Below are positions 1 through 16,129 of a DNA stretch of 64,000 nt, piece by piece. The stretch covers positions 109,404 to 173,403 of the forward strand of contig NIVC01002441.1 of NCBI GenBank assembly GCA_002269645.1, given 5' to 3'. How positions within the stretch are numbered: position 1 is the stretch's first letter; each line of letters opens with the position of its first letter. Position numbers and translations under genes: made by a program. The notes beneath the pieces are model-generated. The model saw nothing but the letters and a program-made list of their open reading frames with translations, ran no database searches and had not been told where the DNA came from. The stretch is from Macrostomum lignano. Taxonomy: Eukaryota.

Positions 1-103
1 TCGTCAAAACTGACATTCTCCTCAATTCATCGGTGACATCATGCTGACAACATGCGGATGGCGAAGCTTGAAGATGTAGTCGTGAAGTTGAAGAGGCAAT
101 TAA

Positions 104-658
104 CGGGAGCACGAGAATTTCCCGCAGGAATTTTTCCCGCCGAGCTTTCCCCGCAGGAGCTTTCCCGCACGAGATTTTCCCGCAGCGAGTTTTTCCCGCA
201 ACGAAAATTTGCCGCAGGAGCTTTCCCCGCACGAGATTCTCCCGCAGCAAGTTTTTACCGCAGCGAGAGTTTCCCCGCAGGAAATTTCCCCGTCGAGATT
301 TTCCTGCCGAGCTTTTACCGCCCAGATTTTCCCGCACGAATTTTCCCCGCACAGACTTTTTCCAGCAGAAAGATTTTCCCGCAAGAAATTTCTCGTGATT
401 GCCTGTTTACCTTCGTACCTACCTTCCTACCTGTCTGTCTGTCTGCCTGCCTGCCTGGCTGGCTGCCTGTGTCGAATTTATCAAAAGAAAATCGCGTCTC
501 TGCTAATAGCTTTCCTTTTTATAATTTCTTTCTTAAGGTAAACAGGCAATCACGAGAAATTTCTTGCGGGAAAATCTTTCTGCTGGAAAAAGTCTGTGCG
601 GGGAAATTCGTGCGGGAAAATCTGGGCGGTAAAAGCTCGGCAGGAAAATCTCGACGGG
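104..658. mobile_element. Foldback/MITE-like non-autonomous element built from TTTCCCGC(A/C)G sub-repeats
   Basis: About 125-bp near-perfect inverted arms at 289-413 and 535-658 flank a spacer with CTGC/CTGT microsatellite. The left end CGGGAGCACGAGAA (104-117) is the exact reverse complement of the right end of the element at 34343-34584. The right end here looks truncated and no TSD was identified. Confidence 0.6.
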
Positions 659-2265
659 CTGCAGCTAAGTCAAGTAACCCTCTACTACTGTACACAACTC
701 TCAAATCTGCTCAATAACTTGCATGTAGATAGTGCATGTGCACTTGCCAAGCGGAGAGAAGGCTAAACACTTCTACCCGGTATTGTGCTTCTCAGTTCAA
801 ATACGTATTTAAGAAATTAATAACATGCAATCCGTGTTTCCCATTTAAGTTATTTTCAGCAGTACAGCATTTTTGCGCCCCCTCATAATTGGTACCCCTC
901 ATACTCATGTTGGCCTCCCAAACTTGGACCGCCCCCTCCCAAAATGAAATTCTAGATCCGGCATTGCTCGTGCATGATAAGACTAACTGAATTTACTATT
1001 ACTAGTATACCTATACTAATTATAGATCATTTGCCTTGATCGATTGAAAAGAACTTACATATGTAAATGTCCATGTACCAGGAAAGTCATAAGGCTATTT
1101 AAAAGTGACAGGATGTCAGGCTACGAGACTTTCACACAGAGGCTTTTCTCGCCGAGCTTTCCTCTCATGTTTAACCAACAGGTGCTGCAGAGACGGAGGG
1201 CGAGGAGAAAGGGAGGCCAAGAGGGGTAGACAAACTATTGAGACTACTGTAATGTAAAATCATATACTTTATACCTCTCGCCCTATGGCTCTACCTCCCA
1301 TTATTCTTTGTGACCGTCACGTGACCATATTTGTGTCATCAAAAGAGAATTCGATAAAACAGGAATGTTTCAGAACAGGACAGAGTGAGTTATCGCAAAA
1401 AGCATAGGTAAAAGCAGTGCAGCCTGTTTTATTTTAGAGTCACATGTTTATAATACCAGGTTTGGCGAAAAAACGCGCTGCATAGTTCTCTCAAAGTTTG
1501 ATTAGCAAAACTCGACAGGGGGGGACAAAAAACTGGTTACAGCAGTACAGAGCGAGAGAAAGAGGGTCACCGTTTGATGGTAGTGCAATATTGCAGAGGT
1601 CACGGATTAAATGTTCTACATGCCACAGTCACAGACAAGTGTGACCAAACATATTTAAACGGCTAACAGCTAATTTCTGTCCAATGTGGCTGAATAGTCA
1701 TACATGTCGTAGTCGTCACTGTCGTCTTCTTTCTGAGATCCTTCTACGAGGATCCTGCGTGCACTCTGCGTTCTGTGCATCGGCAGCAGCGTAATGCACA
1801 TTGCTTTGTCTCATCTCGACACCTGCCAATGAACGAGAGAAAAATTCCTTTTATTTAAAATGCAAATGCATGATGCAAAGCATTCCAATACAGTTCATAG
1901 CTAATCTGCATTGTTAGCACTTGATGCTGGAGTGACTATGAGCGGAGAAGCTGAATAGGTTATGTACGCGACCAAAACAATTCACTGATTTCAACAGGAA
2001 GAAGCTAAATACATGCCATCTTACCATCTACGTACTCTTTTTGTTTCAAACGACCTCATTTAACGTATTCTGCTGATGATATTGTAGAGTGTATAAGCGG
2101 CAGCACATAATACTCATATTTTTTACTCACTGCTAATTCCACGCGAAGATAAATAACTGGCAAGGATCGCCTCTGAAGGAAATCGGATAATATGCTCCTT
2201 CATTAGTCCTTCGTTCGCCCTTAGCACTCGCAACACTCGTAGATGATAGCACGCGGAGCAGCGAG

Positions 2266-2530
2266 CTGCAGCAAGCGGCAGGCAGCAAACAGTCCTGCGA
2301 TCGTCCTCCGCTTGAGCCGGTGGTCACTGCAGCAAGCGGCAGGCAGCAAACAGTCCTGCGATCTTCCTCCGCTTGAGCCGGTGGTCACTGCAGCAAGCGG
2401 CAGGCAGCAAACAGTCCTGCGATCGTCCTCCGCTTGAGCCGGTGGTCACTGCAGCCGAAGTGGCAGGCAGCAAACAGTCACTGCGATCGTCCTCCGCTTG
2501 AGCCGGTGGTCACTGCAGCCGAAGCGGCAG
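2266..2530 (+). repeat. 61-bp tandem repeat, about 4.2 copies
   Basis: Unit CTGCAGCAAGCGGCAGGCAGCAAACAGTCCTGCGATCGTCCTCCGCTTGAGCCGGTGGTCA at 2266, 2327, 2388 and 2449 (last copy slightly diverged). Confidence 0.9.
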
Positions 2531-2799
2531 CATTCATCGGATCCTTGCAAAATAGAATTTCTTTTCTGGCATCCCAAATCCCAAATGGCTTTCATAAACG
2601 CACAGTTCCCCGTTGGAAAGCCGAATACTAAGTGCGGCGTCAGCGTTAGCTGACTCGCATGTACGCACCAGAAATAATGAGAGTGAAGCGTCTGAAGTAA
2701 ATAATGATGCATTATCTTTTTAAATAATACCAAAACGAAACAATCTTCTCAGTTTCGAACATAAATGGAGACAGTACACAGGGGCACAGTGGGAGATAG

Positions 2800-4740
2800 C
2801 CTGGAAGTGGTTGCCATGCCATGGAAGGGGTAGCCTGGGAGGAGTAGTCAGGAAGGGGTTTTGGGAGAGGTAGCCTGGGAGGGGTAGAATGGGAGAGCTG
2901 CTTGGGAAGGGTAGCCTGGGAGGGGTAGAATGGGAGAGCTGCCTGGGAAGGGTAGCCTGGGAAAGGTAGCCTGGGAGGGGTAGAATGGGAGGGCTGCCGG
3001 GGAAGGATAGCCAGGAAGGATTGCCTGGAAGGAGTCTGGGAGGGCTGCGGCTGCCTAGGAAGGGTAGCCTGGGAAGGGTAGCCTGGGAGGGCTGCCTAGG
3101 AAGGGTAGCCTGGGAGGGGTAGAATGGGAAGGGTAGCCAGGAAGGATTGACTGGAAGAGGTAGCCTGGGAAGTATAGCCTGGGAAGGGTAGAATCGGAGA
3201 GCTGCCTGGGAAGGGTAGCCTGGGAGGGGTAGAATGGGAGAGCTGCCTGGGAAGGGTAGCCTGGAAAGGGTAGTCAGGAAGGATTGACTGGAAGAGGTAG
3301 CCTGGGAAGGGTAGCCTGGGAGGGGTAGAATGGGAGAGCTGCCTGGGAAGGGTAGCCAGGAAGGATTGACTGGAAGAGGTAGCCTGGGAAGGATAGCCTG
3401 GGAAGGGTAGAATCGGAGAGCTGCCTGGGAAGGGTAGCCTGGGAGGGGTAGAATGGGAGAGCTGCCTGGGAAGGGTAGTCAGGAAGGATTGACTGGAAGA
3501 GGTAGCCTGGGAAGGGTAGCCTGGGAGGGGTAGAATGGGAGAGCTGCCTGGGAAGGGTAGCCAGGAAGGATTGACTGGAAGAGGTAGCCTGGGAAGGATA
3601 GCCTGGGAAGGGTAGAATGGGAGAGCTGCCTGGGAAGGGTAGCCTGGGAGGGTTAGAATGGGAGAGCTGCCTGGGAAGGGTAGTCAGGAAGGATTGACTG
3701 GAAGAGGTAGCCTGGGAAGGATAGCCTGGGAGGGGTAGAATGGGAAGGGTAGCCAGGAAGGATTGACTGGAAGAGGTAGCCTGGGAAGGGTAGCCTGGGA
3801 GGGGTAGAATGGGAAGGGTAGCCAGGAAGGATTGACTGGAAGAGGTAGCCTGGGAAGGGTAGCCTGGGAGGGGTAGAATAGGAGAGCTGCCTGGGAAGGG
3901 TAGCCTGGGAAGGGTAGCCTGGGAAGGGTAGCCAGGAAGGATTGACTGGAAGAGGTAGCCTGGGAAGGGTAGCCTGGGAGGGGTAGAATGGGAGAGCTGC
4001 CTGGGAAGGGTAGCCTGGGAAGGGTAGCCAGGAAGGATTGACTGGAAGAGGTAGCCTGGGAAGGATAGCCTGGGAGGGGTAGAATAGGAGAGCTGCCTGG
4101 GAAGGGTAGCCTGGGATGGGTAGCCAGGAAGGATTGACTGGAAGAGGTAGCCTGGGAAGGGTAGCCTAGGAGGGGTAGAAATAGAATGGGAGAGCTGCCT
4201 GGGAAGGGTAGCCTGGGAAGGGTAGCCAGGAAGGATTGACTAGAAGAGGTAGCCTGGGAAAGATAGCCTGGGAGGGGTAGAATGGGAGAGTTGCCTGGGA
4301 AGGGTAGAATGGGAGAGCTGCCTGGGAAAGGTAGCCAGGAAGGATTGCCTGGAAGAGGTAGCCTGGGAGAGGTAGAATGGGAGAGCTGCCTAGGAAGGGT
4401 AGCCAGGAAGGATTGCCTGGGAGAAGTAGCCTAGGAAGGGTAGCCATAGAGAAGTAGCCTAATAGGGCTGTCTGGGAAGGGTAGCAGCCTAGGAGAGGTT
4501 GAATGGGAAGGATAGCCTAGGAAGGCTACTTGGGTGGGGTAGAGTAAAAAAGGGGCTGTCTAAGAGGGCTGCCTGGGAAGGCTGCCTTAAGGGTTTGCTT
4601 AGAAAGGCTACCTAAGAAAGATAGCTTAGAAGGACTACCTAGGAGGAATAGTCTAAAATAGATAGCCTAGATGTCCTGGAAGGGGAGCCTAGAAGGGCTA
4701 CCTAGAAGAGGTAGCAAGGGAGATCCAAGGGTCCCAAGGG
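2800..4740 (+). repeat. Purine-rich composite minisatellite (14-bp core GGGAAGGGTAGCCT) with a degraded distal edge
   Basis: Recurring GGGAAGGGTAGCCT, GGGAGGGGTAGAATGGGAGAGCTGCCT and AGGAAGGATTGACTGGAAGAGGTAGCCT blocks. Copies are well conserved to about 4430, then heavily substituted (G>A, C>T). Confidence 0.9.
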
Positions 4741-6897
4741 GGCATAGCCATGATATCCTCCTTAACTATGGTTAAAAAAACTTTGCATCATATTTTTGGC
4801 CTATAACTATATATATGCAAGGTTTATTTTCTAATTTTAGGTTATAGTTGCTTTGTATAGTTTGCCCTTTTCAAATTTCTCTAGATATTTTCTTGAAAGA
4901 TAATTATAAAGGCTAGCCAAAGAAAAAATAGCTTAGAATAAAGAAGCCTAGCTAGAATAAACTAGATTAGGTAGACTAAGTGAGGTAGACTAGCCTAGTC
5001 TAACTAGGTAACGTAGTCATAAAGGTTGTTTAAAAGGAATAATAGCCTAGCTAAGCCTTGGTAAGCTATAGTATAGGCAAAACTTTTTATTTACTTTTTA
5101 AACTTATAACAACAAAGTAATAGGCTAGGCCTATACTAACAAAATATATTTATTAAATGTTCATAGTATAGTAGGCTCTATACTAGAATTAGAACTAGAA
5201 ATGTTTATGTTTAATATAGGCTCTACAAATAATTTACTAGTACTAATATTAATAACAAAAACTTTTTTATAGTCTAAAGACAAAGTAGCTACCTAGCTAT
5301 ATGAGCTATATGTCCATATAATATACAACACTTGATTAGACCTAGCCCTACCTTTACATGGCTGATGGCTACAATAAAAACCTATACTAGCCATAGATAA
5401 GCCTAGCATATGCTATATATAGGCCTGGGGCTAGGCTCTAAAATTTCAACCAAGAAGCCCAGATATAGATTGGAAAGAACTTATCAACTTATATCTAGTC
5501 ATTAATAGCCTATCCTAGCCTTTTAACTAAAGATAATATATCCCTGCCATTATTCTAAAGTAGACCAGAACAAGTCAATTGGCCTATATTTACTATATAT
5601 TACAGTGCAATTCAATTCTAACAATGAAATAGGCCTAGGCCTAGTTACTTTATATCAAAGGTGGCTTTTTGAACTAGGCCTATTAGGGCCTAGTCAATTA
5701 GTCCAGTTGTGTCTAAGCCTAGTAAAGATTAACTACTTGCTAATGCTTAACAATAATGAAAAGGCTTAGTATTAAACTGTAACGACTCTTGTACTTAACC
5801 TTACCCTAGCCTAAAACTATAATAGTCTAGGCCCCTAGCTCATTTTAAATCGACGGCAATTTTACCAGCCAATTGAATATATTAGTTGGCTTTAGTAGGC
5901 CTTGCGAACATGATCTTTGAACACAGAACTTGTTCGCAACAGCCTTAAAGGCGGTCAGCGATCATGTTCAATTTGGCTTTATAAAGCGGCGTATCTGTCA
6001 ACACGGGTGGTGAAGAACATGCGAATGCACCCGTTTCGAGATTCACTGCAGTGAACAATGAAAGTTGCCGTGTTTTTACGTTCTTTCTCCTATGTGGTCC
6101 TTGCCAGCAACGTGTTAGCGCGAAGTTTAGCAGATTGAGCTAAACACACATTTACAGTACGATTGACACGAATACATGTACCAAAGACCGACTAGTTGCT
6201 GGTGGATCAAAGCCAGTCATCATTCAGCTCGTACAAGGTTTCACGTACATGTAGGCTTCTTTTATTGAACTATTCAGTGAGTAAATTAAGATGTGAATTA
6301 CGAGCAAATATAGTCGTGGCATCTACGCGAATCAACGTAGTCTTGCATGTATGAAAGAATCATTACGGGATATATAATGGATCATTTATATTGAAAGTGC
6401 ATGCATACGCGAATAAACTCAGCAGCCGTTTCAAATTACTGTCGATGTAGTCCAGGCTTCTATAGAAAATTACGAGTTTTAAGCAAATTGCTTGGATGCT
6501 ATTAAAAAATTGCTGCCCCTCGGTAAGGCTCGTATAATTTTCGATTTTTGTCTGAATACGTAGCATTTTATTGACCCAAATGAAGTAAGTTCAAAATTGG
6601 CATTATTTTACCCTGAAATTGTAAATAAATCTGATTAAAAAAAAACAAAAAAAGATTCGCGCAATTTTTTATTAAGTAATAAATTTTAAGGAATCGATCG
6701 TATATAATATACTGGAATTTATCACAATATTAAGATAGAGTACATAAACGTTATCGTTACAAAACATTTAAAAAATACAATACTCGTAGTATTGGAGAAC
6801 TGTAAATAAAAATCAGCATTGTACGAGTATTGAAATCTATATGGATATTGAGAAAGTTGTCTTCTAAGACACTGCAAAACAAGGCTAAGCGCAAGCG

Positions 6898-8519
6898 TCA
6901 CAGGCCCGTGTACCGAGTTCTAGGCCGCGATTCCATAACGCAGGCAATCTCACGCTGATAGACCAGAAACGCTCTAGTCGCAAAGTCGAGCGGCAGGTAC
7001 TGGTACACAGAGTGCACGTAATTCACTTCGGTCGCTAATAGCGCTCTCCGGACCGCATTACGGCAAGCAAAACGCAACGACTGCGGCGAGTTAATTGCTA
7101 CTGAACAGCGGGATGAATTAATAGTGCGGCGCAGTTCATTAACGGCCGACTCCGCGGCAGCCAGTTGCGATTGGCTGGCGCCCCGGCCAATTAGAGCCGC
7201 TTGAACACCCGAGTAGTTGTACACGCCAAGAAGTGCACTAAAAAATGCTTCCGGGCGCATCAGCGAATCCAGCAGGAATAGACTCTCGGCTACATATCGA
7301 TTGACTATTGGCTCGCGCTCGTGTTCGTCTGGGAACAGAGCCCGGGTGGGCCGCAGCGGCGGCTCGATGCGCTCCTCGGCCCATACTGTGGTCTCCTTCA
7401 CCAGACTGGTGTAGCTGACTAGGCAGCGGCAGGCCACGGCCGGATCGGTGTGGCCCACCGGCTGCATCAGGCCAACAAGCAGGTGCATTGTGAACGATAC
7501 GTAGCTGTCCATCGCGCGTCTGCAAACCGGTTGGCAAGGGAGAGAATGTACAGGCTTTTATCTAACCACTTCTCCCTGTCACGCTGGAACCACTCACTGC
7601 CGTTGCTTGCTGATCATCATTCCTCTTGATTTCTGATCAGATTTCTCCACGTTGCTTTCTGATCACTCCCTTTGCTTTCTGACCAACCTATTTGCTTTCT
7701 GATCACTCCGTTTGCTTTCTATCACATGATTTGCTTTCTGATCGCTTGCTTTGCTTTCTGATCACTCCCTCTGCTTTCTGATCACTCCCTCTGCTTTTTG
7801 ATCACTCCCTTTGCTTTCTGATCACTGCTTTTTATTACTTTCGGGGACTTTCTTATCCCTCTCTTGTTTTGTGCTCACTCCCCTTTGTGTCTGGTCACTA
7901 CCACTGGTTTCTGACGGTCACTCCCCTTGATTTCTGGTCTCCCGAGTAGCTTTCTGATTAAACCTGGTGCGTTCTCAATTTCTTATCACTCTCCATGATC
8001 CTCACCCTGGAGTAGTTACTACCCACTAACGTCTATAGCAAATCGATGATTGTCACGCTCAATGATAGACTCCCCTCATTATCTGATAAAACGAGTCAAC
8101 ATCGCTCTAGAAGTCACTCACTCTCGCGTCATGCTGTCAATGAAAGCGTGCAACACATCGCGCCAAAGAATTGGTGCCCGTCTGGCCAACTCAAGCATAG
8201 CCCTGGGCGCCCTGGCACTAACGGAGCAGTCCAACGGGCTCTGGCCAAGAAAGTTTCTAACTGTAGGATTGGCGCCCAGCTCAATCAAAGCGCGCACGGA
8301 GCCAGCCCGGTCCGATCTGGCGGCCAGGTGCAAGGCGGTTAGCGCAGACTGACTAGTGATCTCATCATTAACACCCAGCCGGCTGCTAGTAACTAGATCG
8401 CGCATAGCATCGGCGTCCTCGTCTAGGACTGCCGTCTCCATTCGCCGTTTCGGATTGCTGTCCGAATTGGCAGACAAAAACTGCAGTAGAACGCTGCCGC
8501 CGCCAGGCTGATTGGCCAT
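6898..8519 (-). CDS. Ankyrin-repeat and SOCS-box protein (ASB-like), 2 coding exons, about 339 aa
   Basis: Exon 1 is 8519-8122 (ankyrin motif TALHLAARSDRAGSVRALIELGANPTVRNFLGQSPLD; donor GA|GTGAGT). Exon 2 is 7519-6898 (acceptor TTTGCAG; C-terminal SOCS box SPQSLRFACRNAVRRALL...LPLDFATRAFLVY). The phase-2 junction is in frame; total 1020 nt. Confidence 0.8.
7640..7830 (+). repeat. Degenerate 21-bp tandem repeat in the ASB-like intron
   Basis: Repeated TTGCTTTCTGATCACTCCCT-like units. Confidence 0.75.
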
Positions 8520-8929
8520 GTAATATGCTTTCTTTATTATTACTGCTCACCCAAACTAATTAACTATTGAGAACCGGTAAATACCAAAAGACAGGTGAGC
8601 CCGGCTGCAATAGAGAATATCGATTGGCTACTTTATATTAGATTTTACACAGCAGTAGGGAATGTCATTTAAATCATCCTACCTCAAGCTTATTACATAC
8701 TGGCATAGTACAGGTGAACAAGGTTACTTGGAGGCGATGCGAGGAGATGCGTCCCACCCCAAATGAAACATAACGAGGCCAACAGACTCTGAAATGATAG
8801 GGATTTATATTTTAACGGCCTCATAGACTCCAATAAACAGTGGCGCCAACCAAGGGACAGAGACACCAGCCTGTTTCTGATATACAGCTGTAGGGGCACT
8901 AACCAACTGGTGCCCAACCAATAACATGG

Positions 8930-9487
8930 GAGAGCCAACCAAGAGATAGGAGAGCGGCGCCAACCAAGAGATAGGAGAGCGGCGCCAACCAAGAGATAGG
9001 AGAGCGGCGCCAACTAAGAGATAGGAGAGCGGCGCCAACTAAGAGATAGGAGAGCGGCGCCAACTAAGAGATAGGAGAGCGGCGCCAACCAAGATATAGG
9101 GGAGGGGCGCCAACCAAGAGATAGGAGAGCGGCGCCAACTAAGAGATAGGGGAGGGGCGCCAACGAAGACAGAAGCGCCAACCAAGAGATGGGGGAGGGG
9201 CGCCAACTAAGAGACAGGAGAGGGGCGCCAACAAAGACAGAAGCGCCAACCAAGAAATAGGAGAGGGGTGCCAACCAAGAGATAGGGGAGGGGCGCCAAC
9301 GAAGACAGAAGCGCCAACCAAGAGATGGGGGAGGGGCGCCAACTAAGAGACAGGAGAGGGGCGCCAACAAAGACAGAAGCGCCAACCAAGAAATAGGGTA
9401 GGGGTGCCAACTAAGAGATAGGGGAGGGGCGCCAACCAAGAGATAGGAGAGGGGCGCCAACGAAGACAGAAGCGCCAACCAAGAGAC
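8930..9487 (+). repeat. 25-bp minisatellite with GGCGCC core
   Basis: Unit GGCGCCAACCAAGAGATAGGAGAGC, interleaved with a 19-bp variant GGCGCCAACGAAGACAGAA. It explains the spurious MAPLSYLLVG ORFs. Confidence 0.9.
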
Positions 9488-10821
9488 AGTGGATCCGTTA
9501 CTGTAGATAGAATTTTAGGATATAGAAGCATTCAGATTCACCAAATGTGTACCAATGCAGAACATGTTTAAAAAAGCTTTACTGTAGACAACTGGATTGA
9601 CAGTTAACTTGATTTTTTAGATATAGAAATCTATATCGGAGCAAGTCACTGGCACCAAAGCTGTCCTATAAAACACTATACTGTACTCCACGAAAACTAT
9701 TATAGTTAAAACCGTAGCCTCTTTACCTAGTTTAGCAAAGTAAGTACAGAGGCTCGATGTCGTGGAGGTTAAAAGTCTTGAAAGCGATGCAATACAGTCA
9801 CTGTAGGTAGCTGGATTGACAGTCTATTTGATATACAGCCTTGTTAAAGCTGGCAAATCACTGGCACCAAAGTTACCCTTATAGCGTGCGTAATATATCC
9901 ACTGCCAATGCCTGATAGCCGTGACACCTTTGAGAGAAAACTGTGAAGGGTTTCATTTCAAAGGGACACAGGAGTGGAATAAACTGTAGCAATATTTAAC
10001 TGATAATAATAATATATAAATAATGTGCACATTAAAACACCAATCGAGTCATTTGATTTTTTTTGAAAAAAATGGTTTAATCGAAATATATTTTTTACCT
10101 AACACAAATAGATGTATAATAAGCTTTAGCCAGTCAGCTTTTCGTCTTCAACAACAACACATTGCAGGCTAATAAACATTAATAAACAGCTATACGCCAA
10201 CAAAAGATGGAGAGAGAAATCACTGGGCAAAGCTGAGACGGTGCTTCTATTGTATTAAGGAAATATTCAAGCTGGATATTGGAACAAAAAACACTAGCGA
10301 CTATCAGTGTTCAGCTAATTGAACCGGTAATTTTTATTAATTATTAATAACGCGTATTAGTTTAACAGAGCATTGCCAGTAACACGATAGCTGTCTCAGT
10401 TAATCCGGGGGGATATTAAATGGCAGCCGGCAGAGCAATAATAATTTCACTTATTTTTCAATAGATGAACAGACTCCTGTAAATGCTTGCAGCACGCGTT
10501 ATAGAGAAAACACACAGGGATGACAGATAGGTAACAAAAGTTACTCAAGATAGCTCCCCATCCCCCAGAAAATGAGACGCACGGCCTGTCGCAACGCAAA
10601 CAGTGATTGCCAAAATACAATAGAGATGTTTAAACTATAACAAAATTTGAACTAACCAATGATACTTTTTTAAAACTTTTTTAAATCATCCAAAAGATGG
10701 TAAACAAACCTATGCTAAGCTGACAAGTCTGGTAGAAAAAAACAACTACAGTTGGTAAAAAATGTGTTCGTCAGAGGTCCTATTCAAACTCGCGAAGACC
10801 CCCAAATAGCAAGCAATGGTT

Positions 10822-14168
<3,347 letters not shown>

Positions 14169-16129
14169 TTATTTAGGGCAACTAGCTGAAAAATACAGAT
14201 AACAGAGGCCCGACTGGATATTAAGGCTAATAAGAACAATTTTTAAATAGTGTTTTTGCCAATGAAAGAGGCTCAATTCAATTTAGCCTATGAGGGCAAA
14301 AAAGGTCAAGTTTTTGGCCTAGCTAGGGGCTAGGGCACTACCCCTTTTGCTATTGAAGCACATATCAGATTTCAGGTTAAGTTTGCTAGTAATTTTCAAT
14401 ATAAAATTTTTTTCTTCTAAAATAATTTTAAGCCAGAGACAACTTACAAAAACAATTGGTAAAACAGGATAAAGATGCTAATTTACACTTGTAATAGGTC
14501 TGCTTATGAATAGCCAAAGGCAAATGTTGCTTAAACTAAAGCTTTAAACCCAATTGGAGTGAATAAGGGTCTAATAGAATGTTAGGTTGATGCAAAAATC
14601 AAATGGTGGACCTTTAGGCCTACCTATAAAAGTATTCATTTGATCTTATGCAGCTATGCAAAGTTTGCCTTGAGCATTTTCATACTTGGGGTGCATTCGA
14701 GTAGCTTAAAATGGGTTAAAAAAACTTCAAATGACTTCAAATGATTTTAAGTGCTATTTTAATGTCCTCAGTAAAACAAAACAAATGACAAGATTTTATT
14801 TCAAAAAAGTAAAAAGTATTTATAAACAAGGTTTTTAGAATTGTAAATACCTGTTTTAATACTTTAAGCAAGTAGATAGTCAGTCAGTCTAAACCTGTTT
14901 TCTACATTTTGAGATAGTAAATTATAACAAATTGTTAAGTGATAAATATTTTTCAATGCTGCTTCAGTAAATTGCTTTCTCCTATTGTTGTTCTTTTAGT
15001 GTGAATAATCATTTTAATGATAATAAATGTCAATCTAAATTACTTTATTAATAGGTGTGATCAAGTCCCCAGCAATGCATATATTCTTCAAGCACGGTGC
15101 CAAAAGAAGAGTGGTGAAATTATCCACACTTTCTATTTTCTATTATTAGTACCCACAGATTGACTAATGTACTATTAGAAGCAGCTTTACATGTAATTAC
15201 ATGTAAATAGCTGGCACTAGTAAGGCTGTTTTATCACTTCTGTTGACTTATGCCAGAATATGTTTATATAGGGCAACAACTGAATATCTTCAGGAAAACT
15301 AAAAGAAAAAAGACTGAACTTCTGAAGATAGTTGCCAGTCTATGTGATACTTGTAAAAAGATACCTAGCCTATGCATCAATTCCCCATGTACACAATCTA
15401 CTTTTTTTACTGTTGATGGTTTTTTGAATTATTTACTAATGACAAGAATGTGCCTTATTCATCCTTATTCCTTTATTTTTTAAATCAATATTAACATTCC
15501 CTCCAAACTGTCATTCTCAATTTTTAGTGCTTTTAATTTAATTTCTACTTTTACTTATAAACTTGTAAAAAAATTCAATATTATGTACACATTGCTTAAA
15601 TTATTGGTAATAAAAATCTGTCAAAAATTAATTTCTAAGTCAATTTTAAACACATTGTAGAAAATTAATTACATGTCTTTTTCATATCGTGATTGCAAGC
15701 AGTGTTGTTATAGGCATTTCTGAAAAATAATCTGCAGATTAAAAAAAACTGCAGAGTATATTTTTCATGAATTAGAAAGTTAAAAGATCCATTTTTAATC
15801 CTCAAAAATACTTGTTCACAATATTATTAAAACCAATTTCAACAACATCCTAATCAAAGAATCTAAATGCTAATGTATTCTGGGTCTCCTAAAGTAAAAT
15901 GCTAACAATATAAAAAAGTGTAGTAGCGTAGCATATAAAATTAGCAGAGACATATAGAGAGAAAAGGAGGGATAGACAGAAAACAGACAGAGACAAATGC
16001 AGAGAGAGAGAGAGAGAGAAAGAGAATGAGTGAAAGAGAGAGAGAGAAAGTCTATCGATAGCAGCCTTGAAGCTCTACATATAACTGTTATCCCAATGAA
16101 GCACATTTTGCAATATCTCTAATAGCTGA

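Noticed and set aside
1690-1830. Short acidic minus-strand frame (EGSQKEDDSDDYDMYDY)
   Set aside because: It is under 50 codons, has a stop just after the candidate acceptor in that frame, and shows no recognisable motif or partner exon.
14713-14719. GGGTTAA as a piggyBac terminus for the decayed transposase
   Set aside because: The orientation is wrong for an element extending toward 16-18 kb, and no matching opposite TIR was found.
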